Assembly: GCA_043808155.1 (NCBI GenBank)
Contig: JAZDFD010000001.1
Location: forward strand, 5,501-69,500
Direction of reading: 5' to 3'
Length of the DNA stretch: 64,000 nt
Source: Candidatus Iainarchaeum sp.
GTDB taxonomy: Archaea > Iainarchaeota > Iainarchaeia > Iainarchaeales > JAZDFD01
Numbering within the stretch: the stretch's first letter is position 1; the number at the start of each line of letters is the position of its first letter. Below the pieces are notes generated by a model, which saw nothing but the letters and a program-made list of their open reading frames with translations, searched no databases and had not been told where the DNA came from. The position numbers were made by a program, and so were the translations under genes. Positions 7,898 through 16,756 of this stretch are shown piece by piece.

Positions 7898-9352
7898 TTA
7901 GTAACTCTTTGCAAAGTATGCTTTTTCTTTTGCAGGTTTTCCGCATTTGATGCATTTTCCTTCATTACACTTTTGGCTGAAAGGAATGCATCTTGAGGTT
8001 GCAGTTGTTTCATCTTTTATTGTTTCTTCGCATTGTTCATTCATGCAGAAATATGCAAGCACAAATTTCTTGTCTTTTATTGCCTGTGTGAATTTGTCCC
8101 ATGAAGTCACTTCAGCAGTATTTTCATCTAAAAATTTCTTTGCTTTTTTGAAAAGATCTTTTTGCATTGTTTCAAGTTCTTTTTCAATTTCTTTTTCAAG
8201 ATCTGAGATTTTCACAAATTTCTTTTTGCCTGTGTCTCTTCTCACAATAACTGCCTGCTTTTTTTCCAAATCCTTTGGTCCGATTTCAACGCGTATTGGG
8301 ATTCCTTTCAGTTCCCATTCATTGAATTTCCAGCCCGCACTATGAGTTTCTCTGTTGTCAAAAATAGGATTGAATTTTTTCAGTTTTTTTGAAATTTTTT
8401 CTGTTTCTTTCAGAACTTTGTCTTTTGTTTTTTCGAAAATAATCGGAACAATTACAATTTTGTTGTAAGCGAGTTTTGGGGGGAGTATTAGTCCTTTGTC
8501 ATCCGAATGCGACATCACAGTTGCACCAATTAATCTTGTTGAGAAACCCCATGAACTTTGCCAGGGTAATTGTTCAGTGCTGTCTTCACCTATGAATTTT
8601 ATTCCGAAAGCTTTTGCAAAGCCCTGACCTAAATTGTGTGATGTTCCCATTTGCAGTGCTTTTCCGTCAGGCATTAGCGCTTCTAATGTCAGAGTGTAAT
8701 ATGCACCAGGAAATGTTTCATATTTTGATTTCATTCCTCCCAGCACAGGAATTGCAAGAAGTTCTTCGCATAATTTTTTGTATTCGCCAAGGAACATTTT
8801 CACTTCTGTGTCGCATTCTTCTTTTGTTGCATAGACACAATGCCCTTCCTGCCATAAAAATTCTCTTGTGCGTAAAAATAATTTAGTTTGTTTTACTTCC
8901 CATCTCAGAACATTACACCATTGGTTAATTCTCAAAGGGAGGTCTCTGTGTGAACGAATCCATTTTGAATAGGCATCATACATTATTGTTTCAGAAGTTG
9001 GCCGGATTGCAACTCTTTCTTCAGTGTCATCTTTAGATTCAATCCATGCTAATTCAGGTGCAAAACCTTCGGCATGTTCTGCTTCTTTTTTGAAGAAACT
9101 TTCAGGAATTAGTAAAGGAAAGTAACCATTCATTACTCCGTGTTCTTTAATTCGTGCATTGAAAAAATCCTGAATGCTTTCCCACATTGCATAGGCACGG
9201 GGACGTATAATCATGAAGCCACGCACTGGACCATAATCTGCAAGTTCTGCTTTCAGAACTATTTGATTGTACCATTCAGAAAAATCTTCTTCTTTTTTAA
9301 CAGTCAAACCAAGCTGCTGTTCTTCTTCTTTTTTTGCACACATTTTAATCAC
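7898..9352 (-). CDS. proS: Prolyl-tRNA synthetase (archaeal/eukaryotic type)
   Basis: Class II aaRS motifs with archaeal ProRS hallmarks (IRPTSETIMY, RINQWCNVLRWE) and a C-terminal zinc-binding Cys cluster. Confidence 0.9.
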   Translation of the reverse strand: MIKMCAKKEEEQQLGLTVKKEEDFSEWYNQIVLKAELADYGPVRGFMIIRPRAYAMWESIQDFFNARIKEHGVMNGYFPLLIPESFFKKEAEHAEGFAPELAWIESKDDTEERVAIRPTSETIMYDAYSKWIRSHRDLPLRINQWCNVLRWEVKQTKLFLRTREFLWQEGHCVYATKEECDTEVKMFLGEYKKLCEELLAIPVLGGMKSKYETFPGAYYTLTLEALMPDGKALQMGTSHNLGQGFAKAFGIKFIGEDSTEQLPWQSSWGFSTRLIGATVMSHSDDKGLILPPKLAYNKIVIVPIIFEKTKDKVLKETEKISKKLKKFNPIFDNRETHSAGWKFNEWELKGIPIRVEIGPKDLEKKQAVIVRRDTGKKKFVKISDLEKEIEKELETMQKDLFKKAKKFLDENTAEVTSWDKFTQAIKDKKFVLAYFCMNEQCEETIKDETTATSRCIPFSQKCNEGKCIKCGKPAKEKAYFAKSY

Positions 9353-9376
9353 TTACATAATGGTTTTTGAATTTTT

Positions 9377-9441
9377 AATATTACCGCACTATCGCACAGC
9401 AATAGTGCACATACAGATCTCCACCAGATCTCTCCGGTGTG
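9377..9441 (+). repeat. Composite two-hairpin repeat, copy 1 (aatattaccg - hairpin - cacatac - palindromic agatctccaccagatct)
   Basis: Flanks are conserved with the copies at 9532, 12434, 22653, 22737, 35257 and 40525. The stem is cactat/atagtg. It abuts the tRNA-Pro(GGG) 3' end. Confidence 0.55.
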
Positions 9442-9516
9442 TGGGAGCGCCCGGATTTGAACCGGGGTCGCAAGACCCCCAGCCTTGAATGCTAGACCAG
9501 ACTACACTACGCCCCC
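9442..9516 (-). tRNA. tRNA-Pro (anticodon GGG)
   Basis: Manual fold of the reverse complement. Acceptor GGGGGCG pairs with CGCTCCC, anticodon stem CAAGG pairs with TCTTG, loop CTGGGGG, T-arm CCCGG-TTCAAAT-CCGGG. Confidence 0.85.
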
Positions 9517-9531
9517 TACAAAAAAATTTGA

Positions 9532-9599
9532 CATATTACTGCAGGTTCGAATGAAATGAGAATCTGCACATATTCGTACCCGCCGGACGTGACGGCGAA
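9532..9599 (+). repeat. Composite two-hairpin repeat, copy 2 (catattactg - hairpin caggttc..gaatctg - cacatat - GC box cccgccggacgtgacggcg)
   Basis: Lies between the two tRNA-Pro genes. The stem mismatch is G-U compatible only on the + strand. Confidence 0.55.
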
Positions 9600-9674
9600 T
9601 GGGACCACCCGGATTTGAACCGGAGTCACAAGCTCCCAAAGCTTGAATGCTAGACCAGACTACACCATGGCCCC
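9600..9674 (-). tRNA. tRNA-Pro (anticodon TGG)
   Basis: Acceptor GGGGCCA pairs with TGGTCCC, anticodon stem CAAGC pairs with GCTTG, loop TTTGGGA, T-arm TCCGG-TTCAAAT-CCGGG, discriminator A. Confidence 0.85.
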
Positions 9675-9735
9675 AAGGCGATATCCTCGAGCTCGCCGAA
9701 CGGCCGGCGAGTGCAGGCACCACTTTCAGTGGCGC
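9675..9735 (-). repeat. tRNA 5' leader module upstream of tRNA-Pro(TGG): GC-rich hairpin box plus hairpin
   Basis: The reverse complement of 9675..9712 equals 4832..4869, the tRNA-Trp leader, over 38/38 nt. It is preceded by hairpin gcgccactgaaagtggtgc. Confidence 0.6.
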
Positions 9736-9912
9736 TAGCTCACTACGTTCGCTAAGGCTTAAACCTTCGACATTAAACTCAAGAATTGCTGAAAAAGATT
9801 TGGTTTGATAAGTATTAAAAATAGAACTTTTAATCCAGTGGAACCAATCCCCTTCTTTTCATGTGAATCAAATTAATTAAGTGAGGAAGAATTTAAATAG
9901 TTTTTCATTGTA

Positions 9913-10530
9913 CTATTTTCTTCTGGATTTTTTGACGGGTTTTCTGAACTTTTTTTCTTCTTTTTGTTTTCTGATCTTTCTAATGAGCGTTTCTTGCAAT
10001 CTGCCAGTTGTGTGAACAAAATTCAAAAGTTTAATACCTCTGTTCTTGAGGTTTATTTTGACTTGTTGATGCTTCAGCTTTAATTCTTCATCAATGACTC
10101 TTAATGTTGTTGGAACACACCACTGTTCAAAACTCCCAAAGCCGATAACTTCAACTTTTTTAGGATTAAAATTATATTTACCTACAACTTTTTTTATGCG
10201 ACCCTGCAAATGAGTTGGAAATGGTTCAGTAAAAACTTCACAATTTTTAACTTTGGCTCTTAAAAGTTTCTCAAACTCATCTTCCATTATGTGTGCTTTG
10301 TTTTTTCTGACGTAAATAAAAAGAGTGTTAGTAGCACTGTGCATTTCTAATGATTTTTTGTAGGCTTCAAAAAATCTCCTGTAGGGGTATTCACTAATTC
10401 TCTTAATTTCTTCAGGAGTTAGTCCTTCATAATACCTGTCAGTGTAATCCTCGGGATTAAATTCTTCGCTCATTAAAAGAAATGGAGGGTGTACAAAAGC
10501 GACTATTTTGTCAATTCTTTCTTTTCCCAT
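9913..10530 (-). CDS. Hypothetical protein with Lys/Arg-rich C-terminal tail
   Basis: ORF only. The basic tail KIRKQKEEKKFRKPVKKSRRK suggests nucleic-acid binding. Confidence 0.35.
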   Translation of the reverse strand: MGKERIDKIVAFVHPPFLLMSEEFNPEDYTDRYYEGLTPEEIKRISEYPYRRFFEAYKKSLEMHSATNTLFIYVRKNKAHIMEDEFEKLLRAKVKNCEVFTEPFPTHLQGRIKKVVGKYNFNPKKVEVIGFGSFEQWCVPTTLRVIDEELKLKHQQVKINLKNRGIKLLNFVHTTGRLQETLIRKIRKQKEEKKFRKPVKKSRRK

Positions 10531-10577
10531 ATATAAACATTGTTTTTTGTCATTAAAATAGCTTTTTATCGTTTTTT

Positions 10578-12428
10578 GTGCTTTTAGTATGCATGCAATT
10601 CAGAAAAGTAGCAGAGTATTTTGAGAAAATTGAGAAAGTTTCTTCGCGTTTGGAGATGACTGATTTAGTGAGTGAATTACTCTCGAAAGCTTCAAAATCA
10701 GATATTGCTAATGTGATTTATTTAAGCCAGGGGAAACTTGGTCCTGATTTTTTAAGTTTGGAACCAGGGCTGGGGGAAAAACTTGTTATTGAAGCAATTA
10801 CTAAATTTTCAGGTTATGAGAAAATTGAAATTGAAAAGAAATTTAAAAAACAGGGTGATCTGGGTTTAGTTGCATTTGAACTTGCGGAAAAGAAAAAACA
10901 GCAGAGTTTATTTTCAGAAGAATTAAGTGTTGAAAAAGTTTTCAGGAATTTTGAGAAGATTGCAAATGCAGAAGGCGCTGGGAGTCAGGAATCTAAAATC
11001 AGATTGCTTTCCGAGCTTTTGAATTCTGGATCTGCATTGGAAGCTAAATTTTTAGTTCGGGTTCCGTTGGGAACATTAAGATTAGGAATTGGTGATCCTA
11101 CATTGATGGATGCACTTGCACTGAATTATATTGATGAATTTAAAACAGGAAATAAAAAAGTAGTTTCTGAAATTGAAAAAGAAGTTAAAATAAAAAAAGA
11201 AAAAGAACGGGCAGAGGAAATTTCAAGAAAAATAAAAATGAAAATCCGTGAAGGAATTGAAGCAAAGTATAATGTAATGCCTGATTTAGGAGAAATTGCA
11301 GAAAATCTGAAAGCAAATGGTTTGGCGGGTTTGAAAAAAATAAAAATTAAAATTGGGGTGCCCATAAGACCAACACTGGCGGAAAGACTGCCTAGTGCAG
11401 ATGAAATTCTTAAAAAAATTGGCAAGTGTGCAGTTGAACACAAATATGACGGATTTAGATTTCAGGTTCACAAGAAAAATAATGAAGTTACAATTTTCTC
11501 ACGGAAGCAGGAAAATATGACACACATGTTTCCAGAAATTGTTGAAGGTGTGAGAAAACAAATTTCTGCAAAGGAAGCAATTATTGAGGGCGAAGCACTT
11601 GCATTTGATGAAGAAAAGAAAAGATATTACCCCTTTCAGGTTACAATTCAGAGAAAAAGAAAATATGATATTGACCAGAAAGCAGTTGAATTGCCACTGG
11701 AACTTTTTGTTTTTGATGTGATGTATGTTGATGGAAAAGAAACCATGAGCAAGAAATTTTCTGAAAGAAGAAAAATACTTGAAAAATTGATTAAGAAAGG
11801 GCCAGTAATAAAACCAACTGAAAGTATTATTTCAGAATCAGTTGGAGAAATTGAAACATTCTTTGAAAATGCGATTGCGAAAGGATTGGAAGGAATAATT
11901 GCGAAGGATTTGAATGCACCTTATATTGCAGGTGCGCGAAAGTATGCATGGATTAAGCTGAAGAAATCATATTCTGACAAAATGACGGATTCAGTTGATG
12001 TTGTTATAATTGGTTATGACAAAGGCAAGGGGCAGAGAACTAAATTTGGTTTGGGAAATTTGCTGACAGCATCATATGATGAGGAAAGCGATATGTTTAA
12101 TTCGGTTGCAAGAATTGGAACAGGAATTACTGAAGAAAGATTAAAAGAATTAGAAGAAATGCTAAGCAAAACTAAGGTTTCTTCAAAACCAGCGCGTGTA
12201 AATTCCGAAATTAAGCCAGATGTGTGGGTTGAACCAAAATATGTTATTGAAGTTATTGCAGATGAAGTTACGCAAAGCCCCCTGCATATGTGTGCGTTTG
12301 ATAAAAAAGAAAAAACAGGTCTCGCACTGAGATTTCCCAGAATGGTTTCATTTAGAGTTGATAAATCACCTGAAGAAGCAACAACGGATTTTGAAATTAT
12401 GAAAATGTACAAACAGCAAACGAAGTAA
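10578..12428 (+). CDS. lig: ATP-dependent DNA ligase
   Basis: Adenylation motif EHKYDGFRFQVHK (KxDG), an OB-fold region and a conserved N-terminal DNA-binding domain. The probable start is M at 10593. Confidence 0.9.
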   Translation: MLLVCMQFRKVAEYFEKIEKVSSRLEMTDLVSELLSKASKSDIANVIYLSQGKLGPDFLSLEPGLGEKLVIEAITKFSGYEKIEIEKKFKKQGDLGLVAFELAEKKKQQSLFSEELSVEKVFRNFEKIANAEGAGSQESKIRLLSELLNSGSALEAKFLVRVPLGTLRLGIGDPTLMDALALNYIDEFKTGNKKVVSEIEKEVKIKKEKERAEEISRKIKMKIREGIEAKYNVMPDLGEIAENLKANGLAGLKKIKIKIGVPIRPTLAERLPSADEILKKIGKCAVEHKYDGFRFQVHKKNNEVTIFSRKQENMTHMFPEIVEGVRKQISAKEAIIEGEALAFDEEKKRYYPFQVTIQRKRKYDIDQKAVELPLELFVFDVMYVDGKETMSKKFSERRKILEKLIKKGPVIKPTESIISESVGEIETFFENAIAKGLEGIIAKDLNAPYIAGARKYAWIKLKKSYSDKMTDSVDVVIIGYDKGKGQRTKFGLGNLLTASYDEESDMFNSVARIGTGITEERLKELEEMLSKTKVSSKPARVNSEIKPDVWVEPKYVIEVIADEVTQSPLHMCAFDKKEKTGLALRFPRMVSFRVDKSPEEATTDFEIMKMYKQQTK

Positions 12429-12433
12429 AAAAT

Positions 12434-12508
12434 AATTATTACCGTGGCATTGAGCAAAACGAAATGCCACACATAAATCGGAGCACCCGTACGAAATCGG
12501 GTAGGTGG
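12434..12508 (+). repeat. Composite two-hairpin repeat, copy 3 (aattattaccg - hairpin tggcatt..aatgcca - cacataa - hairpin cccgtacgaaatcggg)
   Basis: Sits between the lig stop and the alaX start. Same flank and hairpin architecture as the other copies. Confidence 0.5.
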
Positions 12509-12512
12509 TATT

Positions 12513-13220
12513 ATGACTGAGTTATTGTATCTGAGTGATTCTTATCTGAAAAAATTTGAAGCACAAGTTGTTAGTGTAACTGATGGAAAATTTGTGGTTT
12601 TGGATAAATGCGCATTTTATCCGGAAAGCGGAGGGCAACCTTCAGATACGGGTTATCTGGAAAAAGATGGAAATAAAATGAATGTAATTTTTGCAAAGAA
12701 AATGGGTGAGAATATTTCACTTCAGGTTGAAGATTGCAATTTGAAAGAAGGTGACAAGGTAAAGTGTGCAATTGACTGGGATAGAAGATACAGATTTATG
12801 AGAATGCACACTGCAGCACATATTTTGAGTGCAATAATTTTCAAAGAGCTTGGCTGTTTGATTACAGGAAACCAATTAGGAGAAGAAAAAAGCAGAATGG
12901 ATTTTAATGTTGAAGATTTTGACAGAGAGTTATTAATTTCATTTGAAAAAAAAGCAAATGAAATTATAAAAAGAAATTTAGAGGTTGAAGTGTCTTATAT
13001 GTCCGCAGAAGAGGCATTCAAAAATGAACAATTATTCCGGCTTAAGGATGTTCTTCCTAAAAATCTGAAAGAGCTCCGCATTGTAAAAATCGGGGATTTT
13101 GATATTCAGGCTGACGGTGGAACCCATGTGAAGAACACGTCTGAAATTGGGTCTGTTAAAATCACTAAAATTGGAAATAAAGGCACAAACAACAGAAGGA
13201 TTTATTTTATACTGGAATAG
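12513..13220 (+). CDS. alaX: Alanyl-tRNA editing protein AlaX-M (Ser/Gly-tRNA(Ala) deacylase)
   Basis: Zinc-binding editing motifs MHTAAHIL and DGGTHV, as in the AlaRS editing domain. Confidence 0.8.
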   Translation: MTELLYLSDSYLKKFEAQVVSVTDGKFVVLDKCAFYPESGGQPSDTGYLEKDGNKMNVIFAKKMGENISLQVEDCNLKEGDKVKCAIDWDRRYRFMRMHTAAHILSAIIFKELGCLITGNQLGEEKSRMDFNVEDFDRELLISFEKKANEIIKRNLEVEVSYMSAEEAFKNEQLFRLKDVLPKNLKELRIVKIGDFDIQADGGTHVKNTSEIGSVKITKIGNKGTNNRRIYFILE

Positions 13221-13271
13221 TGCTGGTTTTACTCAGCTTAGATTTAAATATTTCATTTGTGTTATTAGAAC

Positions 13272-14756
13272 ATGGATTCAGTGATGAGACTACTTGTTGT
13301 TGCAATTGCTGCTGCTGCTCTTATTGCAGTAATCTATCTGATGTTTGTTGTTCCTGCAGACGACCCAGGACAGCTTATAAAAAAACAGCTTGAAACTGCA
13401 CAGGTTGAGCTTGGTAAAATTCAGCAGATTCAGATACTGGAATATACTGAAAATTATGCTATGCAGGGTGAGCTTTTTGATGACCGTGGAAGGTCAGTTG
13501 CATTTGAATGCAATAATGAAAATCTTTGCTGCATAAAAGGTGAAAAATGCGGAGAAATTGAATGGGATGAAAGATTGATTGCATTCAAGAAAAAGCGGCC
13601 TGTAGAAACAATTTCAAGATGTTTTTTAGAAGAAGGTATTTTTGTTTGCAGAGTTTATTTTGGTAAAGGGCCAGCACAAGTTGAAATTACAGAAGTTGTT
13701 ACAGAAGACACTTTAGATTTGAGTCAGAGAACTGCATTTCCTGTTTCTGTGAAAATTAAAAATTCAGGAAATTCAATTATGACCTATGGTTCAATTGAAA
13801 TGAAACTTTATCAATGGCAGACACAGTTTGAAAACTCAAAACTTATTTTTATTACACAAGAATCACAGCCTCTTACAGTAATGAACCCTGGTAATGAATT
13901 CACAAGAGACTTTACTTTTAATCCAGAAACAAGCGGAGAATATGAAATTCATATAAGAGCAGAGGGGGAAAACGCAGGTTTCTGGGAGAAAACAATTGAA
14001 TTTAATGTGACTGGAATTCCAGCAAGCGACTGCTCAACAATTGATGATGAAGGCGAAATTGTTTGTGATCCGCAAACAAATAAAATAAAGGAAAAATACT
14101 ATTGCGATAAATGCGAGTTTGGATTTGAATGTGAAAAGTTATGGGAAGCCCAAACTGGTTTAACTTTAGAAACGGGTGACAAAAGTTTTACTTATTACTT
14201 AACTAATGATGATTGCCCAGATCCTAATGCAGAACCAGATTTTATTATTCCCAGCGGATCTGCGGGACAGTTAGCGTGGCCTACTCCGGGGATTACGAGA
14301 GTCGGGTCTTGTTTTGGTAATCGTATGCTGTCGGGCAGACCTGACTGGCATGACGGAATTGACATAAGTGCACCTTCAGGAACTCCTGTTTTTACAATGG
14401 CACCAGGCATAGTTTTCAGGATTGGCACAGGTTATAATGCAGGCTTTGGAAATTCAATTGTAATTAAACACAGTGACACGCTTTTCACAGCATATAATCA
14501 TTTGAGAGACGGGGGAATATTAGTTTCACCAGGTGAAACAGTTGTTGCGGGTCAGCAAATTGGAGTAAGCGGAAACACAGGCCTTTCAACAGGAGCGCAC
14601 TTAGACATTAAAGTTTACACTTCAGCGGATAAAGTTTGGCGCGGGGATACGGGGGTTAATCCTTTGTGTTATTTCCCCGCAAGTATCACTTCGGGTCTTG
14701 ATTTGGCTGGAGCCAGCTGTCAGACCCATAGTCCTTATGACGGCTGTAGCTCATAA
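13272..14756 (+). CDS. Membrane-anchored M23 family metallopeptidase (LytM-like)
   Basis: N-terminal TM. C-terminal HDGIDI ... GNTGLSTGAHLD motifs match the M23 HxxxD and HxH zinc sites. Confidence 0.8.
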   Translation: MDSVMRLLVVAIAAAALIAVIYLMFVVPADDPGQLIKKQLETAQVELGKIQQIQILEYTENYAMQGELFDDRGRSVAFECNNENLCCIKGEKCGEIEWDERLIAFKKKRPVETISRCFLEEGIFVCRVYFGKGPAQVEITEVVTEDTLDLSQRTAFPVSVKIKNSGNSIMTYGSIEMKLYQWQTQFENSKLIFITQESQPLTVMNPGNEFTRDFTFNPETSGEYEIHIRAEGENAGFWEKTIEFNVTGIPASDCSTIDDEGEIVCDPQTNKIKEKYYCDKCEFGFECEKLWEAQTGLTLETGDKSFTYYLTNDDCPDPNAEPDFIIPSGSAGQLAWPTPGITRVGSCFGNRMLSGRPDWHDGIDISAPSGTPVFTMAPGIVFRIGTGYNAGFGNSIVIKHSDTLFTAYNHLRDGGILVSPGETVVAGQQIGVSGNTGLSTGAHLDIKVYTSADKVWRGDTGVNPLCYFPASITSGLDLAGASCQTHSPYDGCSS

Positions 14757-14792
14757 GCAGGCATGTTTTAAATATAAATCAAAATATAGTAT

Positions 14793-16139
14793 ATGGGATT
14801 GAAAATGAGCAATGAAAAATTCATGAAAAAACACGCTCTCAAAACAGGGGACATTATTGAAATTAAAACAAAAAATCAGATTCATGAGGGGACGGTTATT
14901 CCCTCAAAAGAAAGTGACTTTATTACTCTGAAACTTAAAAGCGGGTATAATATTTCTGTGAAAATGTCAGATATTTCAAATGTTAAAAAAACAGGTTCAC
15001 AGAAAGTTGGTAAAGGAGAAGCTGTGAAAGTTCAGCAGGATAAATCTCTTCCCAAGATAAGTATTCTTCACACTGGGGGCACAATTGCTGGGCGCGTGGA
15101 TTATAAAACAGGTGCAATACTTTCTGCATTTGAACCTGAAGATTTATTAGGAATGTTTCCTGAGCTTGCAAAAATTGGTTTTTTCCAAACTAAATTAGTT
15201 GGTAATATTCTTTCAGGAAATTTACGATTTAAAAATATTTCAAAAATTGCAAAAGCAGTTGAGAATGAAATTAAAACCCAGAAAAATATTAAGGGAATTA
15301 TAGTTTCACATGGGACAGACACACTAGGATATAGTGCAGCTGCTTTGAGTTTTATGCTTGAAAATTTAAACATTCCTGTAATTTTTGCTGCTGCACAAAG
15401 GTCAAGTGATAGAGGGAGTTCAGATGCAGCAATGAATTTAATTTGTGCTGCAAAGTTTATTGCAGATTCTGAGTTCAAAGGCGTCGGGATTTGCATGCAC
15501 AAAGGAATTTCAGATGACGAATGTTTAATTTTGCCTGCAACTAAATCAAGGAAATTGCACACCTCAAGAAGAGATGCATTCAAAGCAGTTAATTCACTTC
15601 CAATTGCGAGCGTGAATTATAAAGAAAAGAAAATTAAAATTATTGATAAAAATTCATTTGTGAAATTACAGGGCAAGTTTGCAGTTAAATCAAAAATGGA
15701 AGAAAAAGTTGGGATTTTGAAATCGCATCCTAATTTGATGCCGGAACAGATTGATTTTTTCAGAAAAAATAAATACAAGGGACTTGTTATTGAAGGAACC
15801 GGCATGGGTCATATTCCTGTTGGCGGGGATGGAAAAGAAAATGAACTTAATAAAAAAAATCTTGAAGCAGTTAAAAAACTCGTGAACTCAGGATGTGTTG
15901 TTGTTATGACATCACAATGTATTTTCGGAAGAATTAATATGCATGTGTATAGTTATGGTGTTGATTTAATGGGTGCAGGTGTGATTTCTGGTCATGACAT
16001 GTTACCTGAAACTGCATTTGTAAAACTTTCATGGTTGCTGGGGAATTATTCTGTGAAAAAAGTACCTGAATTGATGGAAGACAATTTGAGAAATGAATTA
16101 ATTGAAAGAACACAGGAAAATGAATTTGATTTGGAGTGA
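14793..16139 (+). CDS. gatD: Glutamyl-tRNA(Gln) amidotransferase subunit D
   Basis: Asparaginase-like motif ILHTGGTIAG and an archaeal GatD N-terminal domain. Confidence 0.85.
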   Translation: MGLKMSNEKFMKKHALKTGDIIEIKTKNQIHEGTVIPSKESDFITLKLKSGYNISVKMSDISNVKKTGSQKVGKGEAVKVQQDKSLPKISILHTGGTIAGRVDYKTGAILSAFEPEDLLGMFPELAKIGFFQTKLVGNILSGNLRFKNISKIAKAVENEIKTQKNIKGIIVSHGTDTLGYSAAALSFMLENLNIPVIFAAAQRSSDRGSSDAAMNLICAAKFIADSEFKGVGICMHKGISDDECLILPATKSRKLHTSRRDAFKAVNSLPIASVNYKEKKIKIIDKNSFVKLQGKFAVKSKMEEKVGILKSHPNLMPEQIDFFRKNKYKGLVIEGTGMGHIPVGGDGKENELNKKNLEAVKKLVNSGCVVVMTSQCIFGRINMHVYSYGVDLMGAGVISGHDMLPETAFVKLSWLLGNYSVKKVPELMEDNLRNELIERTQENEFDLE

Positions 16140-16512
16140 GAAAATGTTTGAAATTAGTGAAATTATCGGAATGGTTGGATTAGGGATTTTGCTTTTGGCA
16201 TTTGCACTTAATCATGGCAAACATAAAAAACGATTTAGTTTCACATACAATGGTCTGAATCTTATTGGTTCATTAATGCTTGTTTATTACGCATACACAA
16301 TTAATGCAATTGTTTTCATAATTCTGAATATCACATGGGCATTTATTGCACTCTATTTTATAGTTAAGAAAATCAAAAATCGCGGAAGGATGACAGTTTG
16401 GGAAGGATTTACAGGCGAAGGTGGTTTGAAGTCTGATTTGAGAAAGGACGTTAGAAATCAGGGAATTTTTGATTTTAATGATAAGGATAAATACAGTCCC
16501 TGGTTTAAGTAA
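16102..16512 (+). CDS. Small membrane protein (2-3 TM), hypothetical
   Basis: Hydrophobic helices. Overlaps the gatD end. Confidence 0.35.
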   Translation: MKEHRKMNLIWSEKMFEISEIIGMVGLGILLLAFALNHGKHKKRFSFTYNGLNLIGSLMLVYYAYTINAIVFIILNITWAFIALYFIVKKIKNRGRMTVWEGFTGEGGLKSDLRKDVRNQGIFDFNDKDKYSPWFK

Positions 16513-16558
16513 TTTTGAACCAAAACATTTAAATGGGACAAATGTCCCAATATAAACT

Positions 16559-16756
16559 ATGTCTGCTGATTCCCAAAAAGTGAAAACCATAAAAGCACTC
16601 CTCAACAAAAATCCTCATGGTTTGTGGGTGCGTGAAATTGCTAGAAAAACAAAACTTAGCAAAAGCACAGTAAGCAGATATCTCTACAAATATATGAAAG
16701 ATGATATTGAAGAAGAATGGCTTGGCAGAAATAAAGTTGTAAGGCTGGTGCGATAA
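16559..16756 (+). CDS. Small winged-helix DNA-binding protein
   Basis: HTH-like segment LWVREIARKTKLSKSTVSRYLYK in a 65-aa protein ending immediately before gatE. Confidence 0.45.
   Translation: MSADSQKVKTIKALLNKNPHGLWVREIARKTKLSKSTVSRYLYKYMKDDIEEEWLGRNKVVRLVR

Noticed and set aside
9267-9723. ORF-track frames 9267..9488 (+) and 9502..9723 (-)
   Set aside because: They are translations of the two tRNA-Pro genes and their GC-rich leader and repeat modules. The GC-rich RNA genes simply lack stop codons.
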